Assembly (NCBI GenBank): GCA_963737155.1
Contig: CAVTRN010000002.1
Location: 640,001-704,000, forward strand
Direction of reading: 5' to 3'
From: Nitrospirota bacterium
Lineage (GTDB): Bacteria; Nitrospirota; UBA9217
Length of the DNA stretch: 64,000 nt
Shown here: one piece after another, positions 40,813-50,867 of the stretch
Layout: every line of letters begins with the position of its first letter
Position numbering within the stretch: position 1 is the first letter of the stretch
Program-made: the position numbers and the translations under genes
The notes under the pieces: model-generated
Databases searched by the model: none
What the model was told of the DNA's origin: nothing
The model's input: the letters and a program-made list of their open reading frames with translations, nothing else

Positions 40813-41616
40813 TTAATTTTTGCCTCCTGCAAGTTCTCCTTGTGTGGTTTTACGTGCGATGAGAAAGAGCCTTTTAAATGGATAGAGAATTCGCCCGTCG
40901 CTTTGAGGATGGTACTGTTCTTGAGAGGCAGTTAATACTGTCTGCTCGAATTCCCCCCTAGAATCATCGGTCGGCAGGCTCTCGAGAAAAGGTTTCATCG
41001 CGGTGCTCTTATACCACTCAACAAGATTTTGGTGGGATTTCAAAATGTGATAGTAAGTCGTTTCCCAAAGGGTGATGTCCTTCGTTAAGGAAACGAGCTG
41101 CTCATAATAATATGTGGCATTATGGTGCGTTATCAGCCCGTCGCAACCAGAGGTGAACGTACTCCATTTACTGTTCTGGGCAACTTTCAATATGATTTTG
41201 TATAAAGGCGATTCGTAATTAGCAGGCACCTGGATCGCCAGTATCCCGTTGTTCCTTACTATTTGGAACAATCGCGAAATTAACCTCGGGTGATCAGAGA
41301 TCCATTGTATAGCCGCATTGGAAAAAACAATATCATATGCCCGGTCAGTTTCCACTCTTGAAGCATCCCCTATCACCCATGTTTGACCAGGATAATCCGT
41401 GCGCGCTCGTTCTATCATCTTAACGGATTTGTCGAGGCCGACGATGTCGGCGTAAGGCCATCGCTTGCGCAGGACCTGGGTACTGTTTCCTGGGCCGCAG
41501 CCTATATCGATAATAGATTCGGGATCGGCCAGGGGAATTCGTAACACGAGGTCTATGGATGGCTGCGTTCTTTCTTGCTCAAACTGCAGGTACTGTTCTG
41601 GATCCCAATTGTGCAT
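40813..41616 (-). CDS. tam: Trans-aconitate 2-methyltransferase-like protein
   Basis: WDPEQYLQFEQERTQP, IDIGCGPGNST, SNAAIQW, LAIQVP, YPFKRLF. Confidence 0.85.
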   Translation of the reverse strand: MHNWDPEQYLQFEQERTQPSIDLVLRIPLADPESIIDIGCGPGNSTQVLRKRWPYADIVGLDKSVKMIERARTDYPGQTWVIGDASRVETDRAYDIVFSNAAIQWISDHPRLISRLFQIVRNNGILAIQVPANYESPLYKIILKVAQNSKWSTFTSGCDGLITHHNATYYYEQLVSLTKDITLWETTYYHILKSHQNLVEWYKSTAMKPFLESLPTDDSRGEFEQTVLTASQEQYHPQSDGRILYPFKRLFLIARKTTQGELAGGKN

Positions 41617-42078
41617 TGCAACCCTTCCGTTATTCCAGACAGCTCTGTCAATTGTACTGCAATCGCTGCAATCAAAAAAGTGATGAACACTGCAGGGCAA
41701 ACAGCATCGAAGGCGCCGGTTCTATAAAACAGGGGACTTGAAAATATTTTGTGATTAAATTGAGATTTTAAGCTCAGGGGATATATGTGTCAAATAATAT
41801 CTTCCAGAGAAGACCTCCGCCAATCGCCGGCTGAGGGAAAGGGTACCGCGGAGGAGGTGGACGGTTCTCGGTGTTCGGTCCGGGAGGTTCAAATTATAAA
41901 GCAATTGCGGAAACTGATCTTCCCAGGGATGGTGCCTAGGATTATGGTCGCTGTTGTTTCATGCATGACTCGATTGGGCAAGCATTGCGCAAACAATTCA
42001 AAATTTATGCTGCAATTTCACGAAGATTATGCTGTCGCGGGCTATAGGATGTGCTTTCCCGCCGTACACTGCCTCTTA

Positions 42079-42564
42079 TTAGTCATTTTGTCGCAATAGA
42101 AAGCGGAGCAGCACCGGCACCCACTGAAATATCGAGGCCAGTTTGACGCCACCAAAGCTTGTTAAACCGGTTACGGTGGTACGAATCCGCTTGATATCGT
42201 CCTGCAGATCTGCGACCTCGGTCTTAATACGCTTCGCATCCGCGGCAAGACTTTCGATTGCGGCCTCGCGTAGGGCCCCAGCGTCATCAACTTCAGGACC
42301 GAGGTGCAGATGACCTGCAACACCGACCGCCACCACGGCCAGCACAATATCGACGATGGCGACCATGAGAGCGGCAACGGCATTATCAAGACGCGGCGCG
42401 AGGTACAGATAGAGGGCGATATTCAGCATGACCGTAGCCAGAAAAACTAGAAGAACGGCTGCGATGTAAAACGCTCCTTGCCGGACGGTGTGACGCAATT
42501 GGAGGCGAAACAGGATTAACTCCGCCTTCAGTAATAGGTGCAACTTTACCAGGATCTCATCCAT
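42079..42564 (-). CDS. Membrane protein, holin-X/YqjE-like (DUF1469) family
   Basis: KAELILFR followed by two TM helices and a coiled coil; follows an ElaB/YqjD-like gene. Confidence 0.6.
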   Translation of the reverse strand: MDEILVKLHLLLKAELILFRLQLRHTVRQGAFYIAAVLLVFLATVMLNIALYLYLAPRLDNAVAALMVAIVDIVLAVVAVGVAGHLHLGPEVDDAGALREAAIESLAADAKRIKTEVADLQDDIKRIRTTVTGLTSFGGVKLASIFQWVPVLLRFLLRQND

Positions 42565-42568
42565 ATTT

Positions 42569-42859
42569 CTACCCCTTGCGACTGAGCAGTCGACCCATGA
42601 GGACCCCGAGCGCAAAGATCACGAGTGCTGTCTTGGCGGGTACGTCCTTGAACTGAAAGTCCAAACCTCCCATCAGTTCCTCAGCCTGTTTTATCAAGTC
42701 CCGCAGCCAGGTTCCCGCCTCTCCTTGGGTTTCTTCCTGAGGTCCCTGCCCCGGCTCCTCTGAGGCGCCCTGCGTGTCTGCATGGCCTTTGGCTGCCTCA
42801 AGCGCCTGCAGCTGTTTTTTCAACTCCTTTATCTCCTGCATGATGTCAAGATCTGACAT
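42569..42859 (-). CDS. Hypothetical protein with C-terminal membrane anchor (ElaB/YqjD-like)
   Basis: AGGAG RBS; coiled coil; C-terminal P-x-x-ALVIFALGVLMGRLLSR. Confidence 0.65.
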   Translation of the reverse strand: MSDLDIMQEIKELKKQLQALEAAKGHADTQGASEEPGQGPQEETQGEAGTWLRDLIKQAEELMGGLDFQFKDVPAKTALVIFALGVLMGRLLSRKG

Positions 42860-43232
42860 GGCTCATGTTCTCCTTCCTGATTTCCATAAGATCCTCTTGC
42901 AAGATTATCATAGATAGTGACATCGTGGCAAGGGAATCTCCTTTTTTAATCATTTTTTGCATTACCGTGCGTTGTTGGCTTCGGCATCCAAATCCGGCTT
43001 ATCCCAGCTATAATTAAGAATATCAAAGTAAGTACCCATGTACATTTCTCATGTCACCTTAATATCAAAACTATAAACGTTATATTACCCATCTGTTTGG
43101 CGCGAAAGCCTCCTAATGTATAGTGCAAGGCGAACGAAAAGAATTTAAGAACGCATAAAGATCCGAGTTACTGGCAGAATTGACCATCCCGAATCATTCT
43201 GATATCCAGACCGTCATGCGAGGGGGGGGAAT

Positions 43233-44765
43233 ATGGATTTCCTTAAGAGCTTAGGCATTGAGAACCGGAATTCAGGGGCGTCTACCGGCAAATGGTGGGA
43301 CAGGGAAAACAACGGCGTTATACTGGATATCGTTACTCCGGTAGACGGCAAGACCGTCGCGGCTATAAATCAGGTTTCCACGCAGGCATATGAAAAGGTA
43401 GTACGGACTGCCCAGTCTGCATTTGCCGTATGGCGCGCAGTCCCGGCACCGAAGCGGGGCGAGATTGTCCGGCAGATCGGGCTCAAGCTCCGGGCCGTCA
43501 AAGAACCGTTGGGCATGCTGGTCTCCTATGAGATGGGCAAGTCCCTTCAAGAGGGGCTGGGCGAGGTGCAGGAGATGATCGATATTTGTGACTTCGCGGT
43601 AGGGCAGTCGCGGATGCTATACGGTTTCACTATGCATTCTGAGAGGGGGCTGCACCGGATGTACGAGCAGTATCATCCGCTGGGGCCTGTCGGCATAGTG
43701 ACATCTTTCAATTTTCCCGTGGCGGTGTGGTCCTGGAATGCCATGATCGCTGCGGTGTGCGGTGACGTGACAATCTGGAAACCCTCGTCCAAGGTCCCAC
43801 TTTCGGCCATTGCTGTGCAGAAAGTCCTTACCGAAGTGATGATAGAGAATAACCTGCCTGACGGGATTTTCTCCCTCGTAATCGGCCAGGGCTCCACCAT
43901 CGGCGAGGCGCTGCTTGGTGATCGACGAGTTCCGCTCATCTCCTTCACTGGCTCGGTGCCTGTGGGCCGCCATGCAGCCGAGGTTGTGGCAAAACGACTG
44001 GGGAGGACCATCCTGGAACTTTCCGGCAACAACGCAGTCATCCTGACTGAGTTCACGGACCTTCCGCTTGCCCTTCGTGCTGTCGTGTTCGGTGCTGTCG
44101 GGACGGCAGGCCAGCGCTGCACAACCATACGCAGATTGATCGTTCATAATGCGGTCTATGACAGGGTTCGGGAGGCACTGATAAAAGCCTATGAAGGGCT
44201 TCGCATCGGGAATCCGCTGGATGAAAAGAATAATGTCGGACCGTTGATCGACAGGGACGCTGTCGCTGCTTTTACCGAGGCCCTAGCAAAGTGCCGTGAG
44301 CAGGGGTGCCGCCTGGTTTACGGCGGAAAGGTGCTTAGGGGGAGTGGATTTGAGTCGGGCTGCTATGTGGTCCCCGCAATCGTTGAGGCGGAGAACCATT
44401 TTCCCATCGTTCAGGAGGAGACCTTCGGTCCGCTGCTCTATCTCATACGATACAGCGGCGACGTGTCCGAGGCAATTGCCCTGCAAAACGACGTGAAGCT
44501 TGGCCTCTCATCTGCCATTTTCACCACCGACCTGAGGCAGGCAGAGGCGTTTCTCTCATTCGCGGGCTCCGACTGCGGCATTGCGAATGTCAACGTCGGC
44601 ACCTCGGGTGCCGAGATCGGTGGTGCCTTCGGGGGCGAGAAGGAAACGGGCGGTGGCCGGGAATCTGGCTCCGATGCTTGGAAGGCCTACATGCGCCGCC
44701 AGGCGGTTACCGTCAATTACGGCACCGAGCTGCCCCTGGCCCAGGGGATAAAATTCGATACATAA
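43233..44765 (+). CDS. amaB: Aldehyde dehydrogenase family 7 (piperideine-6-carboxylate / 2-aminoadipate semialdehyde dehydrogenase, AmaB/Pcd)
   Basis: FNFPVAVWSWN, FTGS, LELSGNN, GQRCTT (catalytic Cys), GTSGAEIGGAFGGEKETGGGRESGSDAWKAYM ALDH7 signature; adjacent to lat. Confidence 0.88.
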   Translation: MDFLKSLGIENRNSGASTGKWWDRENNGVILDIVTPVDGKTVAAINQVSTQAYEKVVRTAQSAFAVWRAVPAPKRGEIVRQIGLKLRAVKEPLGMLVSYEMGKSLQEGLGEVQEMIDICDFAVGQSRMLYGFTMHSERGLHRMYEQYHPLGPVGIVTSFNFPVAVWSWNAMIAAVCGDVTIWKPSSKVPLSAIAVQKVLTEVMIENNLPDGIFSLVIGQGSTIGEALLGDRRVPLISFTGSVPVGRHAAEVVAKRLGRTILELSGNNAVILTEFTDLPLALRAVVFGAVGTAGQRCTTIRRLIVHNAVYDRVREALIKAYEGLRIGNPLDEKNNVGPLIDRDAVAAFTEALAKCREQGCRLVYGGKVLRGSGFESGCYVVPAIVEAENHFPIVQEETFGPLLYLIRYSGDVSEAIALQNDVKLGLSSAIFTTDLRQAEAFLSFAGSDCGIANVNVGTSGAEIGGAFGGEKETGGGRESGSDAWKAYMRRQAVTVNYGTELPLAQGIKFDT

Positions 44766-44861
44766 GGCATGAATCAATACAAGATTTTAAATCTTGGTGA
44801 AATTTAACGACAATGTTTATAATACAGGAACATGGTGCGTATTTGAAATTGTGCTCGGGAA

Positions 44862-46253
44862 TTGATGTCTGTTCTGAATCTGGAGGTGGCGGTGATTGAA
44901 CCCAAAAACGTGAAAGCAACCCTGTCCAGGCATCTTTTGGCGGAGGGATTCGACATGATCTTTGATGAGAAAAAATCGAGCGGAAGCTGGCTCGTGGACA
45001 AGCGCAACGGTGACCGCTACCTCGACTTCTTCTCCATGTACGCATCCATGGCGGTGGGCTACAACCATCCACGTCTGGTCGAGGCACGGAACCAGCTGGG
45101 GCTCCTGGCAATCAACAAACCGTCTAATTCTGACGTGTACTCGACCGCCTTTGCGGAATTAGTCGAGGTCTTTTCCCGAATAGGCATCCCCGCCCATCTT
45201 CCCCACGTATTCTTCATAGATGGGGGCACGTTGGCCGTGGAAAACGCCCTTAAGGCCGCCTTTGATTGGAAAGTCCGAAAAAATCTCAGTCGAGCAGAAG
45301 GACGCGAGGTTGGGACCAAGGTCATCCACTTCCAGCAGGCCTTTCACGGCCGGAGTGGTTACTGCCTCTCTCTCACGAACACTTTCGATCCCCGAAAGAC
45401 CAAGTTTTTCCCAAAATTCCCCTGGCCGCGCATTATCAATCCGAAAATCACTTTTCCGCTCACTGCGGGAAATTTGGCGGCAGTCCGTAAATGCGAGGGT
45501 GAGGCCCTTGATGAAATCCGCCGCGCCATCGACCAGGAGGGCGGGGACATAGCGGCCCTGATTATCGAGCCGATCCAGGGCGAAGGCGGGGACAACCATT
45601 TCAGGCCGGAGTTCTTCCGGGCCCTTCGCATGATCTGCGACGAGCGAGAGATCATATTCATCCTGGATGAGGTCCAGACCGGCGTGGGCCTTACCGGGAG
45701 ATTCTGGGCTTACGAGCACTTCGATGCAAAGCCGGACATCCTTGTGTTCGGCAAGAAGGCACAGGTATGCGGGATACTCGCCTCCCGTCGCGTTGAGGAG
45801 GTGGGCTGCCACGTGTTCAGTGAGCGTAGCCGCATCAGCTCGACCTTCGGCGGCAACCTCGTGGACATGGCCCGATTTACTCATATCCTTCGCATCATCG
45901 CGGAGGAACGGCTGGTTGAAAACGCACGCGTCCAGGGGGACCTCCTGCTCCGTGAACTGCAGACGCTGGCTGCGGAGTTCCCCGACATCATTTCCAATCC
46001 TCGAGGCCGGGGACTGATGTGCGCCATGGATGCGCCGGACAGCGGGACGCGGGACAGACTCCTCATTGCCTTCCTGCAGGAAAAACTGCTGATCGTGGGA
46101 AGCGGCGAGCGAAGCATCCGTTTTCGCCCCCATCTCGTTGTTACAGAAGACGAGATTTTGCAGGGAATCGGGATTATTCGTGGTGTTTTGAAAAATGGCA
46201 ACTTTGCCAGGATTGAGCTTACTGCGGACGCCTGCCCCGGGGGCGGGACATGA
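44862..46253 (+). CDS. lat: L-lysine 6-aminotransferase (true start may be GTG at 44892)
   Basis: YLDFFSMYAS, NKPSNSD, AVENALKAAFDWK, FHGRSGY, EPIQGEGGDNHF, DEVQTG, FGKK (PLP Lys), SSTFGG. Confidence 0.92.
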   Translation: MMSVLNLEVAVIEPKNVKATLSRHLLAEGFDMIFDEKKSSGSWLVDKRNGDRYLDFFSMYASMAVGYNHPRLVEARNQLGLLAINKPSNSDVYSTAFAELVEVFSRIGIPAHLPHVFFIDGGTLAVENALKAAFDWKVRKNLSRAEGREVGTKVIHFQQAFHGRSGYCLSLTNTFDPRKTKFFPKFPWPRIINPKITFPLTAGNLAAVRKCEGEALDEIRRAIDQEGGDIAALIIEPIQGEGGDNHFRPEFFRALRMICDEREIIFILDEVQTGVGLTGRFWAYEHFDAKPDILVFGKKAQVCGILASRRVEEVGCHVFSERSRISSTFGGNLVDMARFTHILRIIAEERLVENARVQGDLLLRELQTLAAEFPDIISNPRGRGLMCAMDAPDSGTRDRLLIAFLQEKLLIVGSGERSIRFRPHLVVTEDEILQGIGIIRGVLKNGNFARIELTADACPGGGT

Positions 46254-47815
46254 TACGCGCCATGGAAAAACTTCAGGAACTCGTGCAGGGACATGTGCTA
46301 ACCGGCCAGGATGCCGTGCGGAAATATTCCCGGGACCAGAGCATCTATGAGATCAGGCCAATGGCAGTGGTTCTTCCCGAACACATTGAGGATGTGAAAA
46401 AGATCGTTGAATTTGCACGAGGGGAAGGCCTGCCTGTCACTGCCCGCGGCGGAGGATCGGGCCTTGCCGGAAGCGCACTGGGCCACGGGCTCGTCATGGC
46501 CCTGCCACAAAATGAATTCTGGGACAGTATTAGCGGCTTTTCAGAGACTCACGGCGCGGCGCGGGTCTCAGCCGGGGCAGGGGTAAATCACAGTGATCTC
46601 CAGATGTTTCTCAAGGAAAGAGGTTATTTTCTTCCGGCCGATGTCACAAGCGCCAAAATCAGCCGTGTAGGCGGCAACATTGCCACCAAAGCGAGCGGTC
46701 CCCACGCGCTCAAGTACGGATCCATAGATCGCTTTGTGGAGTCCTTAGAATTCATCACCGCGGAGGGAGAGCTGGTGGACACCGCCGATGAATTGACGAT
46801 ACCAGGACGGATCGCAATGAGGCTTGCGGACCTTGAGAGAAGGATCCGGGGGGACGCGGTGGCGTGGAAATTTCTTGAATCGCGGAAGGGGTTGAAAACA
46901 GCTAGTGGCTACAACCTCTTCGCCTTTGTGAAAGAACTCTCTGCAGGAGAACGGATTGCGCAGCTTCTGGTCGGCAGCGTCGGGACGTTGGGGTTGATCA
47001 CGAGAGCAAGTCTTCGGGCCGAAGTCCATGAGCCTGAGCGGGCTGCCATCCTTCTCTATTTTGACGACCTGGAACAGGCCGGAAGGGCCGTCTGGTTCTT
47101 GCGGGAGTTGGATATCGCCGCCATAGAACTGATCAGCCGGGAGACCCTCCGCATTATCCGCGAGCGCACGCTATTACCCCACGTCCTGTCCATTGACGCC
47201 AATGTGCTGCTGATGGAGCTGGCAGGCACCGACCTACGGAGCCGGATTGAACAGATCACCATGCACATTGGGCGAAGCGATCTTAAAATGAGTATGCCGC
47301 CTGCTGCCATAGCCGAGAGCGAGATCGAAAATCTCTGGGATGTACGAAAACGGATTTTGTGGCTGATCGAACACCCAAAACGAGGCCTCCGTGCACTCGC
47401 CGTAGTCAATGACGTGGCTGTCCCCCTCCCGCGTTTGGCGGAGTTCATCGGCGACGCGCAGAAGGTATTCGCCGCGCACAGGATGACGGCGCTCATATAC
47501 GGTCACGCCGGAAACGGGAACCTCCATCTGAGGCCGCTCTTTGATACGACCCTGCCGGATCTCGCGGGACGCGTCCGGCGGCTTGCGGATGATGTCTACG
47601 AAGTGGTGTTCCGTTATAATGGCACCGTGACTGCCGAGCATGGCATGGGAAGGTTGCGGGCGCCCTATCTGAAAAGGGAGTGGGGCGATGTGCTCTATAC
47701 TTATATGCGGGAAGTCAAGACCATCTTCGATCCGCAAGATATATTCAATCCGGGGGCTATGTTCAACGACGAGCCTATTACCGACAACATGAGGCTGGAT
47801 CTGTTGGAACCTTGA
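46250..47815 (+). CDS. FAD-linked 2-hydroxyacid dehydrogenase (GlcD/D-LDH/YdiJ N-terminal type)
   Basis: RGGGSGLAG, GGNIAT-ASG, SGYNL, GSVGTLG, GHAGNGNLH, TAEHGMG, FDP-IFNPG; no C-terminal Fe-S domain. Confidence 0.85.
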   Translation: MIRAMEKLQELVQGHVLTGQDAVRKYSRDQSIYEIRPMAVVLPEHIEDVKKIVEFARGEGLPVTARGGGSGLAGSALGHGLVMALPQNEFWDSISGFSETHGAARVSAGAGVNHSDLQMFLKERGYFLPADVTSAKISRVGGNIATKASGPHALKYGSIDRFVESLEFITAEGELVDTADELTIPGRIAMRLADLERRIRGDAVAWKFLESRKGLKTASGYNLFAFVKELSAGERIAQLLVGSVGTLGLITRASLRAEVHEPERAAILLYFDDLEQAGRAVWFLRELDIAAIELISRETLRIIRERTLLPHVLSIDANVLLMELAGTDLRSRIEQITMHIGRSDLKMSMPPAAIAESEIENLWDVRKRILWLIEHPKRGLRALAVVNDVAVPLPRLAEFIGDAQKVFAAHRMTALIYGHAGNGNLHLRPLFDTTLPDLAGRVRRLADDVYEVVFRYNGTVTAEHGMGRLRAPYLKREWGDVLYTYMREVKTIFDPQDIFNPGAMFNDEPITDNMRLDLLEP

Positions 47816-47983
47816 GCGGGAACTCGCGCACAGCCACGGTCCCCGCGGTGCATAAAAACAGTAAGCTGGACATACAGGTGAACATGACTTCATGTTTTTC
47901 AGGCCGTGAATCCTGAACTTCGTTACTTACGGTAAGCGACGAAGTCGCTAGTCATTAAAACATCCTGACATAGAGAGGAAACT

Positions 47984-49354
47984 ATGAAACTCGAAAAAGG
48001 ATTCTATTGGGAACGGCAAGCCGAAGCAGAAAAGGCGTGTGTTGACCTTCTCGACGACTATAAGCGGAAGAACTCCGTTCTTGGGCGTTTTGAGCAGAAA
48101 CTCATCCTCCGAACCAGCTCTCGACTGCTTGATTGGGTGGACCACATTCTTGTCCAGGACACAAAACGAATGAGGGAAAAACTTAACGACGTTGGATTCG
48201 TGAAACACACGGGCACAAGGTATGAGGCAATGTACCATCCCGGCGCGCTCTTGCCAAGGATAGTTCTCGCTGGACAGAACTCCGGTATGGACCAGGGTGT
48301 GGCCTTGCGAGTGGAAAGCATCAGCGATTTTCTGCAAGCAAACGGGTTCCGCGCCGGGATCGAGGGCGGACCTTTCGGCCCCTATCGGCGGGCCGTAGTA
48401 GGCATGGAGGGGGGGGTCGGCATGATGGTTGTGGAACGCAGAGGGACCATGGATTATGACCCTGCTTCCCTATCCGATGGCCATCTCCGGAACTATCTGG
48501 AAGGAGTGGAGGCGTGGCAAAACAGGCCGCGGCACGGCGAGACCGAAGACGACACCTTCAGGGGAATCTTTCGGATCGCGGATCGCCTTGTTTATCAAGT
48601 GGGAGCGGACATGGCTGCCTCCATCGTCTGCCAATGCGAGCGGGTTTACTGGCTATCCCGAAACTTCGCGGCCCGAATGCAGCGAGCACGCCACGACACG
48701 CTCGGATTGGGATGGGCTAATCACGACCATCACACGTTTCGCAGTTCGCGACGAAATTTTTTCAGGCTTGTGGACCTCTTCACCAGACTGGGGTTCCAAA
48801 ACCGGGAGCGGTTTTATGCCGGCGCGGAAGCGGGCTGGGGTGCCCAGATTATGGAAAACGTAGCGGCCGGGCTCGTTCTTTTTCTCGATGTAGATCTGGT
48901 GCCCAACGAAGTGGCTACGGAGTTTTCCAAGGAGGAACTCAAGGATTTAGACCAACTCAGCACGGTGGGATTGTGGTGCGCTCTCCATGGCGACTCCATC
49001 CTCCACGCCGGGATGCACCATTTTGCCGCCCGGTTCGATTTTGACCGCCTGATCGCGGACCTTGCCCGCTTGGGCGTCGGATACATGGCACCGTTCAGCA
49101 ACTTCCCTTATTTCAAACAGGCATTCAGCGTTGCCGAGCGATGGGAGGTAGATTCGGCGAGAGTGGAGAAGCTAACCAGGGAAAAATCCATCACCAATGA
49201 ACAGGGCGAGCTGTTCCTCAATCAGGGAGCAGTTGGCAGCCACCTCGAGAACATCGAACGGAGGGAAGGATATAAAGGATTCAACAGAAAGAATGTGAGC
49301 GCCATTATCCGGCAGACAGACCCGAGAAGGAACATGGCAACGGACGGCAATTGA
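47984..49354 (+). CDS. Hypothetical VOC-fold protein; candidate 2-oxoacid dioxygenase (HglS/HPPD-like)
   Basis: GAGGA RBS; motifs NHDHHTFRS, GMHHFA, KQAFS, HLENIER, GFNRKNVSAI; last gene of the lysine cluster. The gene is well supported; the function is inferred. Confidence 0.6.
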   Translation: MKLEKGFYWERQAEAEKACVDLLDDYKRKNSVLGRFEQKLILRTSSRLLDWVDHILVQDTKRMREKLNDVGFVKHTGTRYEAMYHPGALLPRIVLAGQNSGMDQGVALRVESISDFLQANGFRAGIEGGPFGPYRRAVVGMEGGVGMMVVERRGTMDYDPASLSDGHLRNYLEGVEAWQNRPRHGETEDDTFRGIFRIADRLVYQVGADMAASIVCQCERVYWLSRNFAARMQRARHDTLGLGWANHDHHTFRSSRRNFFRLVDLFTRLGFQNRERFYAGAEAGWGAQIMENVAAGLVLFLDVDLVPNEVATEFSKEELKDLDQLSTVGLWCALHGDSILHAGMHHFAARFDFDRLIADLARLGVGYMAPFSNFPYFKQAFSVAERWEVDSARVEKLTREKSITNEQGELFLNQGAVGSHLENIERREGYKGFNRKNVSAIIRQTDPRRNMATDGN

Positions 49355-49386
49355 TATCCTCCCCAGCCTGAAGGCCTGGGATTCCC
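49351..49386 (-). mobile_element. Orphan IS605/IS1341-type right-end hairpin
   Basis: Minus strand GGGAATCCCAGGCCTTCAGGCTGGGGAGGATATCAA matches the GGAATCCCC..CTTCAGG..GGGGAGGATGTCAA right-end pattern ending in TCAA. Confidence 0.55.
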
Positions 49387-49613
49387 AAATCAGGCTCTGC
49401 CAATGCTCCGAGCCACTATGTTCGCAGATGCGGCAGTGATGTTTGCCACGTCAAAATCAAAATGCTGTCCAAAACAAGCTTTATCTTGGACGGGTATGGA
49501 ATGTGATCCAAAATGTGGCTTTTTTGTATGAAGCCATAATGAAAGGGAAATCGTTGAGATTACGCGGAAGTTCCTGGAGTGCCCCAAATGCTAGCGCCGT
49601 GAGGCTGCATGAG

Positions 49614-50501
49614 TTATTTGAGACGGGATTTATCCTCTCCCATCCCGAGTGCTTTCAGTATCTCGCTCACCGAATCTGACCGGTTCATGGTGTAAAAGTG
49701 GAAGTAGTTCACGCCGTGTTTTTTCAAATCAACGCACTGTTTGACCGCGAATTCCACACCCAGCTTCCGGATTTCCTGGGGCATGTCCATCACCGGCTCC
49801 ATCCTGTCCAGGATGTCCTGCGGCACGGATGTGTTGCAGAAACCAGCAAACTCCTTAATTTTTCTGCAGTCGATGATCGGCATAATGCCCGGCAGAATAG
49901 GGATCGTGATGCCGATCCTCTCTGCCCGCTCCATGAACTCGTAATAGTAACGGTTGTCGAAGAACATCTGGGTTATGCCGAAATCAGCGCCCGCGTCGAT
50001 TTTTTGCTTCGTATACTCCATGTCCTTCTCAATGCTCGGCGATTGGCCATGACCTTCGGGGTATACGGCAACGGCAATGGAAAAATGGCCGTCTTTTTTG
50101 ACGAACTCAACTAAATCCCGGGCATAGTTGAACTCTCCCCGCGCTGGGTCGAAATCAGGTGCGTTCTTCGGCCTGTCTCCGCGAAGTGCAAGGATGTTTT
50201 CGATGCCGTGGTCATGGTAATCCCTCAGGAGAGCATCCATAGACGCCCTGGTCGCGCCAATACACGTGAGGTGGGACATTACAGAGAGATCCGTTTCCTG
50301 TTTTAGCCACTGGAGCGTGCTGCTGGTCCTATCCTGGGTCGTACCGCCTGCGCCGTAAGTCACAGAAACATAGAATGGATCATAGACGCTCAAATCCCTC
50401 ACAACCTTCATGAACGCGTCTTTCCCTTCTGTCGACTTCGGCGGGAAAAATTCTAGAGAAATCCCCTGTTTTAGCTCTTCAAATTTGTCGCGTATTCTCA
50501 T
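49614..50501 (-). CDS. metF: 5,10-methylenetetrahydrofolate reductase
   Basis: SLEFFPPK, SVTYGAGG, HLTC, LALRGD, YPEGH, TQMFFD, HFYTMN. Confidence 0.95.
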   Translation of the reverse strand: MRIRDKFEELKQGISLEFFPPKSTEGKDAFMKVVRDLSVYDPFYVSVTYGAGGTTQDRTSSTLQWLKQETDLSVMSHLTCIGATRASMDALLRDYHDHGIENILALRGDRPKNAPDFDPARGEFNYARDLVEFVKKDGHFSIAVAVYPEGHGQSPSIEKDMEYTKQKIDAGADFGITQMFFDNRYYYEFMERAERIGITIPILPGIMPIIDCRKIKEFAGFCNTSVPQDILDRMEPVMDMPQEIRKLGVEFAVKQCVDLKKHGVNYFHFYTMNRSDSVSEILKALGMGEDKSRLK

Positions 50502-50867
50502 ATTTTAATAATAATCTAAAAAAGACCCAATTTGGGGTTGTTTTTCTGAGCTGCAGAAAGTGGTAAAATTCATTATGTATCGGAATTGCAAGAATTCGTA
50601 ATTATTATAATTATCGAGAAACGGAGGTGAGCAACATACTGCTCATCAATGGATTGAATACAGAAGAACTTACGGGGCCGGCTCATGGATCGGCACAAAA
50701 GCAATCTTGACAGAAGAAATGCACCGTGTTATGAATTCGTCAGAGAGCAATTGTTCCATGGTGCATGCAAAAGAAATCCAGCCAACCGCTCTCCTTGTTT
50801 TTTATTGTGCTTATACGAAGGGAAGAGCAGCGTTCTTGAACGCTGAATCGTTTGAGGGAGCTTCAAG

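Noticed and set aside
42079-42564. Prophage holin
   Set aside because: No phage genes nearby; this family is commonly chromosomal next to ElaB/YqjD-like genes.
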